DNA of 64,000 nt from Mobula hypostoma (Eukaryota), in NCBI RefSeq assembly GCF_963921235.1, contig NC_086108.1, forward strand, positions 104,782,001 through 104,846,000, in the 5' to 3' direction. The position numbers and the translations under genes are program-made. Positions 12,078-25,240 of the stretch are shown here, in pieces; within the stretch, counting starts at the first letter, position 1; each line of letters begins with the position of its first letter. Below the pieces are notes generated by a model. The model saw only the letters and a program-made list of their open reading frames with translations, was not told the DNA's origin and ran no database searches.

Positions 12078-12769
12078 ATGCAGTATAATTTGTAGCACAT
12101 CTTAAGGATTGCAGAATCAGAATCAGGTTTAATATTACCAACATGTGTTGTGAAATTTGTTAACTTAGCAGCAGTAGTACAATGCAATACATGATAAATA
12201 TAGAAAAAAAATGAATGTGTAAGTCATTGCCTGGAATGCACTGCCTGAGTCAGTGGTAGAGGCAGATACACTGGTGAAGTTTAAGAGTCTACTAGACAGG
12301 TATATGGAGGAATTTAAGGTGGGGGGTTATATGGGAGGCAAGGTTTGAAGGTCGGCATAACATTGTGGGCTGAAGGGCCTGTAATGTGCTGTACTATTCT
12401 ATGTTCCATTTACAGTAAGTGTATATATGCATATTGAATAGTTCGATTAAAAATTGTGCACAACAGAAATAATATATATGAAAATGTGAGGTGGTGTTCA
12501 TGGGTTCAATGTCCGTTTAGGAATTGTATGGCAGAGGGGAAGAAGCTGTTCCTGAACCACTGAGTGTGTGCCTTCAGGCTTCTGTACTTCCATCCTGATG
12601 GTAAAGATGAGAAGAGGGCATGCCCTAGATAATGGGAGTCCTTAATAATCAACACTGCCTTTCTGAGGCCCCGTTTCTTGAAGATGTCTTGGGTGCTTTT
12701 GTACCGTTGTGGCAAAACAAGAAATTTCATGACAAATGCAGTGATAATAAACCAGAGTCTGACTAATTC

Positions 12770-12950
12770 TTCTGAGGGATTCTCCTGGTACCCTGGCTTG
12801 CATTTCTCCCTCAACCAACAGGACCAATTACAGAGAGAAGATAAAAGCAAAGGTGATTTACTGCTTGTAGATCTTGCTGTGCAGAAATTGGCTGTCATAA
12901 TTCTTACAAGTGTTAGCGCAAAGGGTGATCACTGTGTATGGTTGCTTTGA
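12770..12950 (+). mobile_element. ancient DeuSINE (SacSINE1-like) remnant
   Basis: ttctcctggtaccctggc..tctccctcaaccaaca..gatcttgctgtgcagaaattggctg resembles the Deu domain; an oppositely oriented remnant lies at 13445-13650. Confidence 0.55.
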
Positions 12951-13444
12951 ATTTTATTTTCTTACAGTAGGACAATAAAGTGCAGTTAAATAGTAATGTT
13001 TTACATTATTAAATTGTGCAAATGCAGCACTAAAAACTGTTATTAATCTTTTTAACTGAATAGATTTTGCCAGCTTTTCTACAGGAATGTATTCGCAATT
13101 TTGAACATTACTGGGAAGTTGACTCTCAAAACACATTGCCTCCCACTTCATATTGATGCATAATGAGAATGCCCCTGAACACTCAAGCCCCTGTGACTCG
13201 TGAACGTAAATGAAGGTACTGCAGCCTTGTTCTGATTCAGGCCTTTTAACGGAAATGAGTTTGGCATAATTTGCCCCTGATTTTGACAGGTTTGGTTTTG
13301 AAAGGCATGTTCGTGCCGTGCCTCTCAACGTCCTGGGTTCTGAATAAAGCAAACTACCTGTGGTCTAAACCTGTAACTGAAATCGTGGCTGGCTGAAATC
13401 TTTGTATTGCAAAGAAAGAAAATAACTGAATAATGAGACTGGGT

Positions 13445-13650
13445 TTGGGATGTCCCAAAGGGCTTTGCAGTTAATTTAAGATTTAGTTGCATTTGTAGAC
13501 ATAGCAGTGAACGTTTGCAAAGCAAGCTTCCACAAGCAGGTAATCTGCGTTCCTTGTTGAGTTAGAGGTTCTGTGAAATCATGGTGAGCATCCCTGCTGA
13601 GCAAGTGATGCATATCCACCTGAGAGGGTAAATGGGGTCTCCATTTAAGG
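13445..13650 (-). mobile_element. ancient DeuSINE (SacSINE1-like) remnant
   Basis: ggatgtcccaaagggcttt..agcaagcttccacaagcag..atccacctgagagggtaaatggggtctccatttaa is the reverse of a DeuSINE body. Confidence 0.55.
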
Positions 13651-13732
13651 TACACCAGTGGCAATATTTCATTAGGTGTTTGAGGAAATTTGGCATATCA
13701 CCAGACTCTAGCAAATTTCTGCAGATATACTG

Positions 13733-14318
13733 AACATAGAACATAGAAATCTACAGCGCATTACAGGCCCTTCAGCCCTCTATGTTGTGCTGACCATGTA
13801 ATCTACACTAGAAACTGCCTAGAATTTCCCTAGGGCTTAGCCCCTCTATTTTTCTAAGCTCCATGTACCTATCTAAGAGGTTCTTAAAAGACCCTATTGT
13901 ATTCGGCTCTACCACTGTCGCCGGCAATGCATTCCATGTACCCACCAACCTCTGTGTGAAAAACTTACCCTGACATCCCCTTGGTACCTATTTCCAAACA
14001 CCTTAAAACTATGCCCCCTTGTGTTGGCCTTTCAGCCCTGGGAAAAAGCCTCTGGCTATCCACACAATCAATGCCCCTCATCTTCTTACATACCTCTGTC
14101 AGGTCACCTCTCATCCTCTGCTGCTCCAAGGAGAAAAGCCTAAGTACACTCAAGCTATTCTCATAAGGTACACCCTCCAATCCAGGCAACATCCTTGTAA
14201 ATCTCCTCTGTACTCTCTCTATAGTATCCCCATCCTTCCTGTAGTAGGGTGACCAGAACTGAACACGGTACTGCAAGTGGGGTCTGACCAAGGTCTTTTA
14301 TAGCTGTAACATTACATT
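13733..14318 (-). mobile_element. CR1 LINE 3' part
   Basis: ORF 13965..14291 VRPHLQYRVQFWSPYYRKD..ERVQRRFTRMLPGL; (ttctatg) tail. Confidence 0.9.
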
Positions 14319-15338
14319 AGGAGCATTCTACCTGATTGCATTACCTAGGGTGTGCTTTCTTCCCATTGTTACCGTCAGAGAGGAGGTACAGGATACTGAA
14401 GACACAATCTCAACATTTTCGGAACAGCTTCTTCTCCTCTGCTGTCAGATTTCTGAATGGATGATGAAACTATGAACACTACCTTACTACTTTTGCTCTC
14501 TTTTATTCATCTCCTTACAGACAGCCACAAAACAAAGAAACGCAATAGAACTCATGATAAAAAAGACCGTCGAACACCCACTGTGCAGAAAAAAACCTGT
14601 CATGCAAACAATAAAAGTAAGCAAATAACATCCAGAACTGAAGCCTATGAAAGTGAGTCCATAACTGCAAAACCAGTCATCACCGCAGCCAGTTCAGGAG
14701 CCCATTAGTTGCCACAGCTTCAGCTCAGCACAGAGATGAGTAAATCTCTTGGATCCTCCTGCCCAGACACCCTGACATTTTCAATCTGGCCCAGAGTTTA
14801 AATCAGCCAAATCTCGGGTTGTTCTTTACACCTGCGCCCTGACCCTGCCACCTTAACTCAGCCCGTACACACCACGCCATAACTGTCCCGCACCTTTGAG
14901 ACTTCAGTATACACACTGCAAAAATGCCAGGTTGAACAGGTGGTTCAAAAGCTCAACTCCAACGGGGAAGTTAGAGGCTAAAGAGAAAAAATGTGATTAA
15001 TACGGTAATTTATAGTTTGTTTGTTACCAGCAAGCATTTGCTGTGCTTCACCAGTGCAGTCTTAATCCAGAAAGAAATAATATACCTGGTTGAGATTATG
15101 ATGCCTTTGGCAATGCATATGACTTCAATGGATCATTGGGCTTTGTGCTCTTGCATCTGGAACAGAGCTAAGATCTACCATCCATTTGGAAAGATATTGG
15201 AGAGGGCCCAAAGCAGATTCATGAGAATGATCCTAGGAATGAAAGGGTTAACCTTTGAGGAGTGTTTGATGGCTCTGGCCTGTACTCGCTGGAGCATTGG
15301 GTAAGGCCAAGTCATTGGATGTATTTAAAGCTGAAGTT

Positions 15339-15452
15339 AGTCATAGTCCTAGTCATACTTTATTGATCCCGGGGGAAAATGGTTAAATAATTGCTTTTGA
15401 ATCCCTGATGCATGGACGGGGTGAACCCGCGATCTACGGTTTACGAGACCGA
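15339..15452 (-). mobile_element. chimeric retrocopy: tRNA-Thr(CGT) 3' half + 23-nt spacer + Rex1 3' tip, inserted in a CR1
   Basis: Minus strand: TCGGTCTCGTAAACCGTAGATCGCGGGTTCACCCCGTCCATGCAT-CAGGGATTCAAAAGCAATTATTT-AACCATTTTCCCCCGGGATCAATAAAGTATGACTAGGACTATGACT. The last part matches the Rex1 end at 23039-23078. TSD GAAGTT at 15333-15338 and 15451-15456. Confidence 0.8.
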
Positions 15453-16354
15453 AGTTGATAAGTTCTTAATTAGCAAGGGGGTCAAAGGTTATGGCAAGAA
15501 AGCAGGAGAATGTGGTTGAGATGGATAATAAATCAGCCATGACGGAATAGTGGAGTAGACTTGATTGTCTGGATGGCCTAATTCTGATCCTATGTCTTAT
15601 GGTCTTATAACCTTTTGACTTGGAAGAAAATATGTTCCACTAGTCTGGTACCAGCTCAAGGTTACAATAGAGAAGGCTGCTGTGAGGAAGCCTTATTCAT
15701 TGGCATGTCAAGAACCCTGTTTATTGCTACATTGCCTATCTTGCTGTAATGCTGAACAAAGTCACGGGAGAGATGCAGCTAGTAGATAGAAAAGTGGTCT
15801 TTTATTCAACAAAATGAGACACTCTCTGGAGGGAGAGGCCTGTTCAAGCCAATATTACATGACATTTTGTATACTAAAGATTAAAGGACAATTCTACTTA
15901 CAATGTATCTATAACCCTTCCTTTGAATTACATAAAATTTTCTCACTTCCTTCTTCACTCCCACACTCCAGATACCCAAAATGAATGTTAATCAGCATTA
16001 TCTATAACTGCTGTCCACAACTTCTGGAAACTATTGTTTAGGGCTGCATTTTAAATTAATCTACAATCCATGTTCGGGGTGAAAGATTGATTGCTGAAGT
16101 TAATGTTTGCTTATATACCATAATTCCAGAATATGTCCTAACAGTCCCATTTCGCAGGCCTCCCGAAGTCACCATTGGATTATCACTGCCTAGTGTGTAG
16201 TCCTGCTTTCTTGCACATCCTGGGCATATACAGGGAAATGGCTGGCAGAATGTCCAGCATTTCTTGATTTGGCTGTATTTCCTACAGTGAGCACAAAATC
16301 TACACGTGTAAACGAATTCCTTCCTGTTTGTCAACAGACTCCTTGGCTTTCTTA

Positions 16355-18020
16355 GGGAGTTTCTGGTAGGTTGCTGGTGACTAGTGGTGATCCACAGGGG
16401 TTGATATTGGCACTGCTTCTTATATTCTATATCAGTTGAGGGAATTGATGGCTTTGTGGCCAAGTTTGCAGACAATACAAAGATAAGTAGAGGGGCAGGT
16501 TGTGTTGAGGAAGCAGAGAATCTGCAGAAGGATTTAGACAGATTAGGAGAATGGGTGAAGATAATGGCAGATGGAATACAGTACAGGGGAAGTGTATGGT
16601 CATCCATTTTAGAATATAGGTATAGACAATTTTATAAATGGGGGGCAGTTCAGTAATCAGAGGAGCAAATGGACTTGGGAGCCCTTGTCCATGTATTGGA
16701 GAGGAAGTTCGCAAGAATGGTCTCAGAAATGAAAGGATTAATATGTGAGGAGTGTTTGATGATTCTGGGCCTGTGCTCGCTGGAGTTCAGAAGAAAGAGG
16801 GGAAGATTGCATTGAAACCTATCAAAAAGGTTCTCGTCACCTATCTACTGGAAAGATATCAAGAGAGCAGAGAAAATTTACAAGTTCAGAGCCAGGACTT
16901 GAGGCTATGAGTTATAGGGAAAGTTTGAATAGATTAGGACTTTGTTCCCTCAAGCACAGGGGAATGAGGGGAGACTTGATAGAGGTATACAAAATTATGA
17001 TAGATATAGATAGGGTAAATGTAAGCAGACTTTTTTTTCCCCTTTGAGGCTGGGTGAGACTAGAACTAGAGGTCATGAGTTAAGGGTGAAAGGTGAACTG
17101 TTAAGGGGAATATGAGGGGGAACTTCTTCACTCCAACTGTGGAGCAAGCTGCCAGTGCAAGTGGTGGATCCAGGTTTGATTTCAACATTTAAGAGAAATT
17201 TTGATAGGCACATGGATGGGAGGGGTTTGGAGGGCTATGGTCCAGGTGCAGGTTGATGGGACTAGGCAGAATAATAGTTCGGCACGGATGAGATAGCCTG
17301 CAGGACCTGTTTCTGTGCTGTGCTGTTCCATGACTCGTTGATTCTAATAATGAAAGGCTTAGATAGGGTGGCGCGTGACCAAGTGGATAAGGCGTTCGTC
17401 TAATGATTTGAAGGTCGCTAGTTTGCGCCTTGGCTGAGGCAACACGTGTGTCCTTGAGCAAGGCACTTTACCACACATTGCTCTGCGACGACACCGGTGC
17501 CAAGCTGTATGGGTCCTAGTACCCTTCCCTTGGACAACATCGGTGTCGTGGAGAGAAGACTTGCAGCATGGGCAACTGCCGGTCTTCCATACAACTTTGC
17601 CCAGCCCTGCGCCCTGGAAACATTCCAAGGCGCAAATCCATGGTCTCACGAGACTAACGGATGCCTATATAAGATAGGGTGGACATGGAGAGGATGTTTC
17701 CTATACTGGGGGAGTCCAGGACCAGAGGGCACAGCCTTAGAATACAAGGGCATCCCTTTAGAACAGAGTTGAGGAGAATTTCTTTAGCCAGAGGGTGGTG
17801 AGTCTGTGGAATTCATTGCCAAGATGGCTATGGAGACCAAGTCTTCGGATATACTTAAAGCAGAGGTTGATAAGTTCTTGATTAGTTTAGGTGTCAAAAG
17901 ATACGTGAGAAGGCAGGAGAATGGGGTTGAGAGGGATAATGAATCCACGCTGGAGTGGCAGAGCAGACTCGATAGGCCGGGTGTCCTGATTATGCTCTTA
18001 TGTTTGATGGACTTATGGTT
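16355..18020 (+). mobile_element. cluster of CR1 fragments from at least two subfamilies
   Basis: ORF 16456..16656 AKFADNTKI...LQKDLDRLGEW; two distinct CR1 3' UTRs end at about 17335 and 18020. Confidence 0.8.
17372..17671 (+). mobile_element. tRNA-headed CORE-like SINE, full-length copy
   Basis: Same family as 5585; 11-bp TSD agatagggtgg (17361-17371, 17672-17682) inside a CR1. Confidence 0.85.
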
Positions 18021-20436
18021 CATCTGCAGTTGTTATTGCCCTCTCTTGGCCTTGTGTGAGAGGACTATAGTTAGTCACAATTTTGAACCACAGTTGACCT
18101 GTGGTTAAGGTGCTCCCATGTTGCTCTTCAGGAGGGAGAGCCATAACATTGAGCAAGCAACGAAGGAGGAACAAAATTCGAATGGGGCCTTACAATTTCA
18201 ATAGAAATTCTTCTCAGCTGTCAGTTTTGCTGAACACCATTGATTTAGACCTTGCTTCAACCTTACTCTTCAGCGATGGTAGAGAAAGGAATAAATTATA
18301 TTAAGCAGCTTCTTTGCTTCATCTCATTACAAGGAACTCTCGCGCACACACACACACACAGAAAAAAAACTATTTCACACCTTTATTTAAAAAGCATAAA
18401 CGTAAATGAGTTTATTTTGCAGAGAATTCTTTTTTATCCATAGAAATCTATATACAGGATAAAACTCTTCACCAAATTACCAGTCAGTTGAATTACTTTA
18501 TAAGAAATTCCAGAATCCCATATTCCTCATCCTGGTTGACATTCTTATGCATTGAGCATAGGAGTTCAAATTTTCATGAAACGAGTCCCTGATTAGAGGG
18601 CTTACTTTGGTGATCCATAAAATTTCCTACTTAAAGAAGGTGCAGCAGCATCTATGCTTGCTGAGGAGATTGAGGAGATCATGGAGTGCAAGGCTTCCTA
18701 CCTCCATTCTAACAATTTTTTATGGGAGCAACATCAGGTGTGTCCTGTCTGGTTGCATCATTGCATGGCACAGAAGCTGCGAGGCATCAGGACACATGAC
18801 TCTACAGAGGATGGAAAAAGATGCTGAGAAGATCACCAGGGTTTCCCTCCCCTTCTTTGTGACTCTTACTGGGGTTGTGCATATGAAAGGCCCATAGCGT
18901 TGTTGAGGATCCCTACCACCCATCCCACACTCCTTGACCCACTACTGTCAGGAAGGAGGTACAGAAGCAACAGGACTAGGACCACCAGTCTGAGTAACAG
19001 CTTCTTCCCTCAGGCTGTGAGACTAATGAATACCGTGCCACCACTGAGGACATGTCACGAAGACTTTTTACCTATACCGACTGCTTGCATTTTGAAAATA
19101 TATTTTATTAACTTACTTGTGGTAATATTTTAAGTGCTGTATGTGATATGTTGTGTGGGTGCACTGTTCGAAGGAACTTAGTTTCGTTTGTATATATGTA
19201 CAGTCAGATGACAATAAACTTGAACTTAAATGTTGTAAATTAAGAATCTGTGAAATGAAATAGTCCACAAGGTAGAGGTGTTCTCATCACAGTCCCGTCT
19301 ATAGAACTGGATAATACTAAAGAGGCGACCAATACTTTGGCTAACTATTTTTATTTTTTTTTGTTTACCTATTTATTCCAGTGCAGGACAGGCCCTTCGA
19401 GCCCAAATGTGCCGCATTGCCCAGCAACCCACCTAATCAAAATCAACTTACAATAAACAATTAACCTACCAAACGGCGCATCTTTGGCCTGTGGGAGGAA
19501 ACTGATGCGTTCATGGGGAGAAGGGACAAAATTCTTACAAACGGCGCTGGAGTTGAACTCTGAACTCTGGGAAGACCTGAGCTGTAATAGTGTTGCACTA
19601 ACATCTACGCTGCCGTGGAGCAGGGTCTCCCACTATCTCTCCTTGCTGCATGCTGGAGGACCCAAAGCCACAATCTAATCCGCAATGCAACAAACTTTCT
19701 TTTCCTGCTGTGCCCTTTTGTGGGATGTTTTCACGGGACTTTTGATTTGGGAAGGGAAAGTGGAGCCACGTCACCACGGCTAGCTCACCGGAGGTAAGCC
19801 AATCAAGTTAAAGCAGCAAAATTCTTTGCCAGCAGAAATTGAAGAAAATTCATTCTCCAGAGCTTGAGATTGGAATATTCAGTCACTGACTAGTTAACCT
19901 ACAGAAAATACTGAACTTTGTCCATGAATCACTGTATTCTACATCGTGAAAGCACTCTCATGGTATTGTCAAGACTAATCCAGCAGGTAAGGTTATCCTA
20001 ATGACTAAGCTCACTTCGTCAAAAGTCTTCAAACACCATGCCTTGCATTTTATTACTCTTCGAAACAAGATCCAGCAGGGATCAATTTGGGCTGAATGGC
20101 CTCTTCCTGCGCTATCTTTATGATAAAGCAAGCAAATAAAAAACAAACATATTTCAGAGTTTCACACTGAGGAGATGTGAAACTGTGGAATTCTCTGCCA
20201 CAGACTGCAGTGGACGGCAAGTCCATGAGTATATTTAAGGTGGAAGTTGATCGTTTCCTGGTCGATCAGGGCATCGAAGGAAATGGTGAGCAGGCAGGTG
20301 TATGGGGTTCAGTGGGATCCGGGATCAGCCAAGATAAAATGGCAGAGCAGACTCGATGGGCTGAATGGCCTAATTCTGCTCCTATATCATATGGTCTTGT
20401 GGAGATCAACTGTCATTGTCCCTTTTGAATGAGGGA

Positions 20437-20760
20437 TTTAATTCCTAAAATGCAAACCGAGAAATTACAATTGAGGTTTTACCGGATGCAAGGTTGCATG
20501 AAGGAGAAATTGCTTTAACACTTTCATTATACATTTACAAACTAGACAGGAATCCAAATGGAACCAGAAACCTGTTGTAAGGATTTTAAGCGATTTGTGT
20601 ACTCCATTTCACCCACACTTTCCCAACACAGCCCACCCCATACAGCAAAACTTTAAATAACTTATGGTCACGGCCCATCAATGTTACTTGTAGCTCTACT
20701 GAGAGGCATCTTTTTTCTTCTCCCATCGCAGTGCTGGTTGTCCATCATCTTCAGCCAAAT
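20437..20760 (-). other. ADGRL4: probable proximal 3' UTR of ADGRL4
   Basis: Non-repetitive sequence directly after the stop codon. Candidate minus-strand poly(A) signals are ATTAAA (20437-20442) and AATAAA (20049-20054). The true 3' end is not determinable. Confidence 0.5.
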
Positions 20761-20823
20761 TCATCTCAGGTATTCAAAGCAACAGGGCACATTTTTAAAT
20801 AACCGGTAGTACTCTTTCTGAAT
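20761..20823 (-). CDS. ADGRL4: ADGRL4/ELTD1 terminal coding exon (C-terminal tail and stop)
   Basis: Minus strand reads ttgtattttttgcatttgacag|ATT CAG AAA GAG TAC TAC CGG TTA TTT AAA AAT GTG CCC TGT TGC TTT GAA TAC CTG AGA TGA = [20 protein letters not shown]. This matches the short ADGRL4 tail ([20 protein letters not shown] from memory). Phase 0 fits the upstream exon. Confidence 0.95.
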   Translation of the reverse strand: [20 protein letters not shown]

Positions 20824-21624
20824 CTGTCAAATGCAAAAAATACAAGCAAATTAATTTCACTATTTATTCAGATTTCAAAGTTTCAATTAGACATCAGTGG
20901 CTGGGTGGCACAGAAGTTTTTCTCGCATTGCGGCGAGTATTTGCCATTGGTTGGGCAGACTAGGTCTTCTTGGAGGAGTGTAGAGGAGGTTTTCCAGAAT
21001 TATCTCAGGAATGAAACAATTAACAAACGAGGAGTGTTTAACGGCTCCGGACCTGTACTTGCTGGAGTTTAGAAGAATGGTCGGGGGGTTTGAGGGGGGG
21101 AAATCTTATTGAAACCCATCGAATATTGAAAGGTCTAGACAAAGTGGGCATGGAGAGGACGTTTCCAATCATGGGAAAGGACCAGAGGGCACAGAATTAG
21201 AATAGAAGGACATCATTTTAAAACAAAGATGAAGAGGAATTTCTTTAGCCTGTGGGTGATGAATCTGTGGAATTCATTGCCTCAGATAGTCAAGTCATTG
21301 AGTTTATTTAAAGCAGATGCTGAAAGGTTCTTGATTAGTCAAGGTGCCAAAGGTTAAGGAGGAGTAGGCAGGAGAATGGAATTACGAAGGAAAATGATCA
21401 AATATGACTGTATGGAGAAACATACTTTATGGGCTGAATGGACTAATTTTGCTCCTTTGCTTTATGGTCCTATTCCTAGGAGACTGAGAGGTGACCTTAC
21501 AAAGGTGTATAAAATTGTGAGCAGCAAAGTTAGGGTGAATGTGCTTTACTCTTTGGTATCTGTGTGGAGCCATTCCTAATCAATATCCTTGTGCTGGTTC
21601 AATGTAAGAACTATTAGTGTAACA

Positions 21625-23080
21625 CTATGTGGAGTACTTCGCCATGTATTCAACCTGAGCCTGAGGCTCTGGAGGGTTCCTGTGCTGTGGAAGACATCCT
21701 GCCTCGTCCCTGTGCCGAAGACGCCGCGCCCCAGCGGCCTCAATGACTACAAGCCGGTGGCATTGACCTCCCACATCATGAAGACCCTGGAGAGACTTGT
21801 TCTGGAGCTGCTCCGGCCTATGGTCAGGCCACACTTAGATCCCCTCCAGTTCGCCTACCAGTCCCGACTAGGAGTTGAGGATGCCATCGTCTTCCTGCTG
21901 AACCGTGTCTACGCCCACCTGGACAAGCCAGCGAGCACTGTGAGGGTCATGTTTTTTGACTTCTCCAGTCGTTCAACACCATCCGCCCTGCTCTGCTGGG
22001 GGAGAAGCTGACAGCGATGCAGGTGGATGCTTCCCTGGTATCATGGATTCTTGATTACCTGACTGGCAGACCACAGTACGTGTGCTTGCAACACTGTGTG
22101 TCTGACAGAGTGATCAGCAGCACTGGGGCTCCACAGGAGACTGTCTTGTTTCCCTTTCTCTTCACCATTTACACCTCAGACTTCAACTACTGCACAGAGT
22201 CTTGTCATCTTCAGAAGTTTTCGGATGACTCTGCCATAGTTGGATGCATCAGCAAGGGAGATGAGGCTGAGTACAGGGCTACGGTAGGAAACTTTGTCAC
22301 ATGGTGTGGGTAGAATTATCTGCAGCTTAATGTGAAAAAGACTAAGGAGCTGGTGGTAGACCTGAGGAGAGCTAAGGTACCGGGGACCCCTGTTTCCATC
22401 CAGGGGGTCAGTGTGGTCATGGTGGAGGATTACAAATACCTGGGGATATGAATTGACAATAAACTGGACTGGTCAAAGAACACTGAGGCTGTCTACAAGA
22501 AGGGTCAGAGCCGTCTCTATTTCCTGAGGAGACTGAGGTCCTTTAACATCTGCCAGACGATGCTGAGGATGTTCTACGAGTCTGTGGTGGCCAGTGCTGT
22601 CATGTTTGCTGTTGTGTGCTGGGGCAGCAGGCTGAGGGTAGCAGACACCAACAGAATCAACAAACTCATTTGCAAGGCCAGTGATGTTGTGGGGATGGAA
22701 CTGGACTCTCTGACGGTGGTGTCTGAAAAGAGGATGCTGTCTAAGTTGCATGCCATCTTGGTCAATGTCTCCCATCCACGACATAATGTACTGGGTGGGC
22801 ACAGGAGTACATTCAGCCAGAGACTCATTCCACCGAGATGCAACACAGAGCGTCATAGGAAGTCATTCCTGCCTGTGGCCATCAAACTTTACAACTCCTC
22901 CCTTGGAGGGTCAGACACCCTGAGCCAATAGGCTGGTCCTGGACTTATTTCATAATTTACTGTCATAATTTACATATTACTATTTAACTATTTATGGTTC
23001 TATTACTATTTATTATTTATGGAGCAACTGTAACAAAAACCAATTTCCCCCGGGATTAATAAAGTATGACTATGACTATT
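21625..23080 (+). mobile_element. Rex1 (Rex-Babar) LINE, 5'-truncated, nearly intact RT
   Basis: ORFs 21589..22011, 22017..22313 and 22560..22931 carry WKTSCLVPVPK, DYKPVALTS, LDPLQFAY, FFDFSS, GAPQ, KFSDD, YKYLG. One frameshift (about 21969) and two in-frame stops. Ends AATAAA-gtatgactatgact. Confidence 0.92.
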
Positions 23081-25004
23081 AGAGAACAAATATCGCCTCT
23101 CTCTTCTCCTATCAGATTCCTTCTTTAGCCCTTTACCTCTTCTACCTATCACCTGCCAGCTTGTACCCCTTCCTCTCTCCCCACCTTCTTATTCTGACCT
23201 CCTCCTCCTCCTCCTCCAGGTGGCAGAGTGTGGCAAAATTTAAGACGTGATTATTTGAAGAGCGAAGTGTGTGAGAGAGATTAGAGAGAACTTTATTTGT
23301 TACATGTACATTGAAACATCGAAGGGCACCATGGTTGTGTAGGACGTGAGGTACCAAAGCAGTTAGTATGATGCGATTGCAGCTCGGGGCCTTTCAGAGT
23401 TCAATTCCGATGTCGTTCTTTAAGGCGTCTGTATATCCTCCCCGTGGAATGTGTGGGTTTTTCCCGGATGCTCTGGTTTCCTCCCACACTCCAAAGACAT
23501 AGAGCGTCAGTTAGTTGGTTGTGGCAAATGTCCGGTGATCAGGTTAGGGTTAATTGGATTTGTCGTTTGTCGCTGGGGCAGTGTGGCTCGCAGGTCTGGA
23601 AGGGCCTATTCCACGCTGTATTGGTGAAATAAAATTAACATATGATAATACAGCGTTTGTGTCCAATCAAATCAGCGAGCAATATGCTGGGGGCAGCCCA
23701 CAAGTGTTGCCACACTTCCGTCACCAGCATAGCATGCCCACAACCCACTATCCTTAACATCTGTGGAATGTGGGAGGAAACTGGAGCACCAGGCAGAAAC
23801 CCACATGATCACAGGAAGAACAAACAAACTCTGTACAGACAGTGGTGGGAAATGCGTTACGCTAACTGCTACATTACCATGCTATTCAAAGATGAAATTA
23901 CCTGGTGATGTCATGCCAAATAGAACATATTATTGATAAATATAAAATAACCATTCCTGAGAAATAAAGGAATTTTGTGACTGATGAGAGACTGAAATAT
24001 CTTGGGGTTTGGATGTCCTTGTACACGGATCGTTGAATATTAACATAAAGGCACTGCATATGATTAGAAACTCAACTGGTATGTTGACCTCTATGGTAAC
24101 ATGGGTTAATTGCACAGGCAAAGGCATCATGGTACTACAGTTCATGGTGTGTGCAGGTCTGGTCTCCCCAGCTAATGAAAGATTTACTTGTGGTCGAGAC
24201 AGAGTCAGAGAGACATAGAAAAGTACAGTGCAGAAACAGGTCCTTTGGCCCATCTAGTCTGTGCTGTACTGTTTGAACTGCCTACTCCCATGGACCTGCA
24301 CCAGGACCATAGCCCTCCATATCCTTACTATCCATATACGGTACCTAGCTAAACTTCTCTTAAACATTGATATCGAGCTCATATGCATCACTTGTGCTGG
24401 CAGCTCATTCCACACTCTTCACAACCCTCTGAGTGAAGAAGTTTCCCTGCATGATTCCCTTAAACTTTTCACCTTTCACCCTTAACAAACATTCACTTGG
24501 CTTACTCTGAATGAGGCAGGTTTGTTGTAAGATAAGAAAATAAATAATCCAGGCCTGTACTCCCTTGAGTTGAGGGAAATTAGAGGTGATTTCATTGAAA
24601 TCTACTGAATTGTTGTAAAGTTAACAGAGACACAGGTGATTCTGCAGATGCTGAAAATCTTAAGCAACTCAGAATACTGGAGGGACTCAACAAATAGCTG
24701 ACATTTCATGAAGAGGAAGAGTCTCAGCCCAAAAAAATTGACTGCTCATTTCTCTCCATTACTGCTGCCTGTCCTGCTGAGAATTCGCATCATATTGTGT
24801 GAGTTGCAGAGTTAATGTTACTTTGAATGGGACGTCCAGGACCAAGAGGTCACAGACTCAAAATAAAGAATTAGATATTCAGGATGAAGATGAAAAGAAA
24901 TTCTTTCACTGAGAAGGTGGTGAACCTTTGGAATTCCCTCCCTAAAGGAACTGGGGAACCTAGCTCATCGAGTAGAAAAAAAGGTTCACTTTTGTTCTGG
25001 GCCC

Positions 25005-25240
25005 TCCAAGAGGACCATGACCTTGTCGAAAGGGGTTTGAAGCTTGCGTTCCTTAGTGACCTAGAGAGCTGTGTTGGCTGGAGTCAGGGCTTTATGCTTT
25101 GACTCTTTGTAGGGTCACTCATGCCAAACAGGTCAAAGGGTAGAGTCCACTGGTCCTCCAGGTTTGGGGGTTCAACACGAGGCTAACAACCCTGACTGGT
25201 TAAAAAAATTGTTATGGAAACAGCAATGAAGAATCCTCTA
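25005..25240 (+). mobile_element. RTE-derived non-autonomous fragment (5'UTR-like)
   Basis: ccttgtcg..aggggtttgaagcttgcgt..agagctgtg..agggtcactcatgccaaacaggtc resembles the conserved RTE-clade 5' leader. Confidence 0.5.

Noticed and set aside
15745..16290. Possible minus-strand LTR (TGT...ACA ends, reversed AATAAA)
   Set aside because: No matching TSD for any terminus pair I tried; left unannotated.
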